From IMG/VR virus record IMGVR_UViG_3300037840_000096: 64,000 bases of DNA; one strand, 5' to 3'. Below are positions 61,799 through 64,000 of the stretch, one piece after another. A program made the position numbers and the translations under genes. Below the pieces are notes generated by a model. It did no database searches, had not been told where the DNA came from, and saw only the letters and a program-made list of their open reading frames with translations. Source of the DNA: an uncultured virus (IMG/VR IMGVR_UViG_3300037840_000096). Taxonomy: Duplodnaviria > Heunggongvirae > Uroviricota > Caudoviricetes. How positions within the stretch are numbered: the first letter of the stretch is position 1; each line of letters opens with the position of its first letter.

Positions 61799-62670
61799 AA
61801 GGGGATGAGAATGGCTTTTCGTGAGTTCAAAGAATCCCAGGAGGGAGGAGGTAACTCCGTTGGGGATTTCAAAAACGCAGCCAACAGTCAAGCGAAGAGA
61901 AGGCGTTTGGTCAGTGTGGCTACATACTACAATCCCGATCACTCCATTCACGGGAGGATTTGTATTCGTGCAGTCCACGCCGACGCCAATCCAGTCCTCA
62001 CCCTGCATACCGCAGCGGCCCTGGAGGTGGTGAAGGGCATCCTGGAGAACCTCCCAGACTCTGTGATTCTGGACGAGGAACTCCAGAGGATTATCAGCGA
62101 AAGGATCGGGAGGGCCTCTGGAGTGCAAGAAACCCAAAGCGAATCGGAGGGATCGTGACCACACCGCAGAAACTGAGAATTCTGAAGCAGGAAGCCACTC
62201 TGTTCCGGGACGGCAAAGTCCCTATCTACCTGATGCCCGATGGCAGGTTTGCCTGCTGCTGGGGAGGGAAATGGCTGGTCAGGGCCAGCGTAAAGTCGCT
62301 GGAGAAACACACCAACGCTCACAGACCCTTCGTGAAGTTGATGTGTGTCGCAGAGAACTTTCCTTCCTATCAGGACATGGCTCCCGTGGTGATGGAAGTC
62401 TCTGACATGCAGCAGTCCTACGTTTTCGACAAGGAGGGGAAACGCCGGACCCGGCATTCTGGGTGCTGGACGAGGTACGATTCTGAGTTGTATGCTCAAG
62501 CTCTGGCTCTGGAGAAGAAACGCTTGAAATACCAGGAAGAACTCCAGGCAGAGTACGAAAAGATCCGGGAAGCTGTCAGAGGGAGGAGGATCTATCCTTC
62601 TTCTTTCAAGGATCTCCTGGAGAAGGAAGAGGAAGAAGAGGAGTAGTTTCGCCCGACAGGAGAGCAATGG

Positions 62671-63183
62671 ATGTTCGACAAGGAGGTTCCGCTGTGGCAG
62701 TTGATTTCGAGGCTCTGGAGATATGGCAACATGGCAGACAAGCAAGCAACTCGGACGTGGTTCGGGCTCAGAGGGCCTATCACAAGAGAACTGGCTCTCG
62801 GAGCCAGCCAGCACCTTCGGGATCTTCTCCCAGAGGACTTCCCGCAGATCGTGACCCTCTGTGGGTCCACGAAGTTCAAGGAAGAGTTCATTCAGATGAA
62901 CTTTGAACTCACGATGGCGGGACGCATCGTAATCTCTGTGGGGTGGTTCTCTCACGTTGATGGCAGGATTTACACTCCCACGGAGGAAGAGAAAAAAAAG
63001 CTGGACGAGCTTCACCTGCGTAAGATTGACCTGAGCGATGCAATCTTCGTAGTGTCCAGGGATGGATACATCGGAGAAAGCACCACCAGGGAGATCGAGT
63101 ACGCTCTCAAGACGGGCAAAACCGTCTGGTGGATGGAGAAAACAGCAGAAGAGAAGTTCATGAATCGCTCCCTTTCACAGTGA
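62671..63183 (+). CDS. Nucleoside-deoxyribosyltransferase-like fold protein
   Basis: IVTLCGSTKF, HLRKIDLSDAIFVV..DGYIGEST..EIEYA. Confidence 0.6.
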   Translation: MFDKEVPLWQLISRLWRYGNMADKQATRTWFGLRGPITRELALGASQHLRDLLPEDFPQIVTLCGSTKFKEEFIQMNFELTMAGRIVISVGWFSHVDGRIYTPTEEEKKKLDELHLRKIDLSDAIFVVSRDGYIGESTTREIEYALKTGKTVWWMEKTAEEKFMNRSLSQ

Positions 63184-63286
63184 AAGGCGAGCAAAGTCCC
63201 TATAGTCCCAGCGATGCTGGGAGCCCTATGGACTTGGCTTCTGACCAACAGCAGGGATAGTCGCCTACAACAGCGAGAGGTGCAAG

Positions 63287-64000
63287 ATGGCGAAGAACGG
63301 CAAGAAATCCAAGACCGAAACCGAGATCCCCGGACTCAAGATCATCAGCGTGGACACGCTGATGGTGCCGGTGGACGAGTTCGTGGACAACAGTGCTCAG
63401 TCCCGTGGCATGGGGATCTTCTCCAAGCTGGGAGGGGAGGGCTATGGCCTCTTCGAGCGAAAGGGGGTCAACAAGAAAAGCATTTGGGAGATGCTGCACT
63501 CTGACAAGGAGGAGCAGCGGTCAGCGGCTCTGACCCTCCTGGAGGAACACGAGGGGGAGGAGTCGGAGGACCGGCAGAAGAAGCTGCCCGCTTCCGGTGG
63601 GAACTCCCTCTGGGCTCTGGCCAAGGACCTGCACGACAACCCCGCTGGGCTGCTCCAGCCCATTCTGGCCTGGGACACAGGGGATGGATTCGACTGCATT
63701 GCTGGTGCCCGTAGGCTGGTTTCCTACGCCATCAACAAGGCCCTGTACCCCGACGAGGATCGTTGGGGTGAGATCGAGACACGAGTCTTCAAGTTCGATG
63801 GCACTCCTTCTCCCCTGGCTCTGCGACTCATGGCCAGGAGCGAGAACAAGATTCGCCGGGGGGAGAGTCCGCTGGATCGGGCCATGTCCTTCTCCCAGGA
63901 CATGAAGGACGGAGGGTACACCATCGCTCAGTATTCCAGGATCGTCGGATTCTCGGAGCAGTACATCTCCGACTACACGAAGCGACTTCTGGACAAGAGG
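63287..64000 (+). CDS. ParB/Spo0J-like protein, truncated by the window end (absent from the ORF track)
   Basis: My translation: GLLQPILAW...IAGARR...SENKIR..ESPLDRA...HTH-like YTIAQYSRIVGFSEQYIS; GAGGTG RBS. Confidence 0.75.
   Translation, partial: MAKNGKKSKTETEIPGLKIISVDTLMVPVDEFVDNSAQSRGMGIFSKLGGEGYGLFERKGVNKKSIWEMLHSDKEEQRSAALTLLEEHEGEESEDRQKKLPASGGNSLWALAKDLHDNPAGLLQPILAWDTGDGFDCIAGARRLVSYAINKALYPDEDRWGEIETRVFKFDGTPSPLALRLMARSENKIRRGESPLDRAMSFSQDMKDGGYTIAQYSRIVGFSEQYISDYTKRLLDKR

Larger units (their letters stand above)
191..63204. repeat. Dispersed 12-bp motif CAAAGTC(C/T/A)CTAT, about 63 copies on both strands
   Basis: Manual count; examples 191, 3058, 10800, 27626, 41180, 63192 (+) and 1175, 11324, 24597, 44418, 61243 (-). 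Confidence 0.97.

Noticed and set aside
191..63204. Dispersed motif as a CRISPR array, REP or MITE
   Set aside because: Only 12-16 bp, about 1 kb apart, embedded in frame in intact genes; no spacers, cas genes or target duplications
1..64000. Apparent abundance of CCWGG/CCTGGA
   Set aside because: Plausibly explained by CTG-GAN codon pairs; cannot be quantified by eye
1..64000. Integrase, prophage boundaries or host chromosomal genes
   Set aside because: None recognised; the whole window reads as phage sequence

Overview
A 64-kb segment of a tailed dsDNA phage (siphovirus-like), probably infecting a planctomycete (Gemmataceae-like), judged from RimI-like, TIGR02996-like and 'APAPFPK' secreted proteins. 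Layout: + strand split SbcCD/Mre11-Rad50 genes (1-2.3 kb); a long - strand morphogenesis block (2.7-41 kb) with terminases, portal, a protease/secreted-protein/holin-like cluster, head protease, capsid, neck, tail tube, frameshifted chaperones, tape measure and tail-tip/fibre genes; an AT-rich divergence region (41.1-41.9 kb); and a + strand early/replication block (small ORFs, two ParB-fold proteins, initiator-like gene with 23-bp repeats, RimI-like GNAT, sigma-like factor, SNF2 helicase, primase, DnaB-like helicase). The outstanding feature is a non-palindromic 12-bp word, CAAAGTC(C/T/A)CTAT, which I counted by eye about 63 times, roughly once per kb, on both strands and in all six reading frames, including inside core genes. 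A 55-nt anticodon-less tRNA-Ala-like structure lies at 44923-44977. All product calls come from recognising motifs and synteny, not from database searches.
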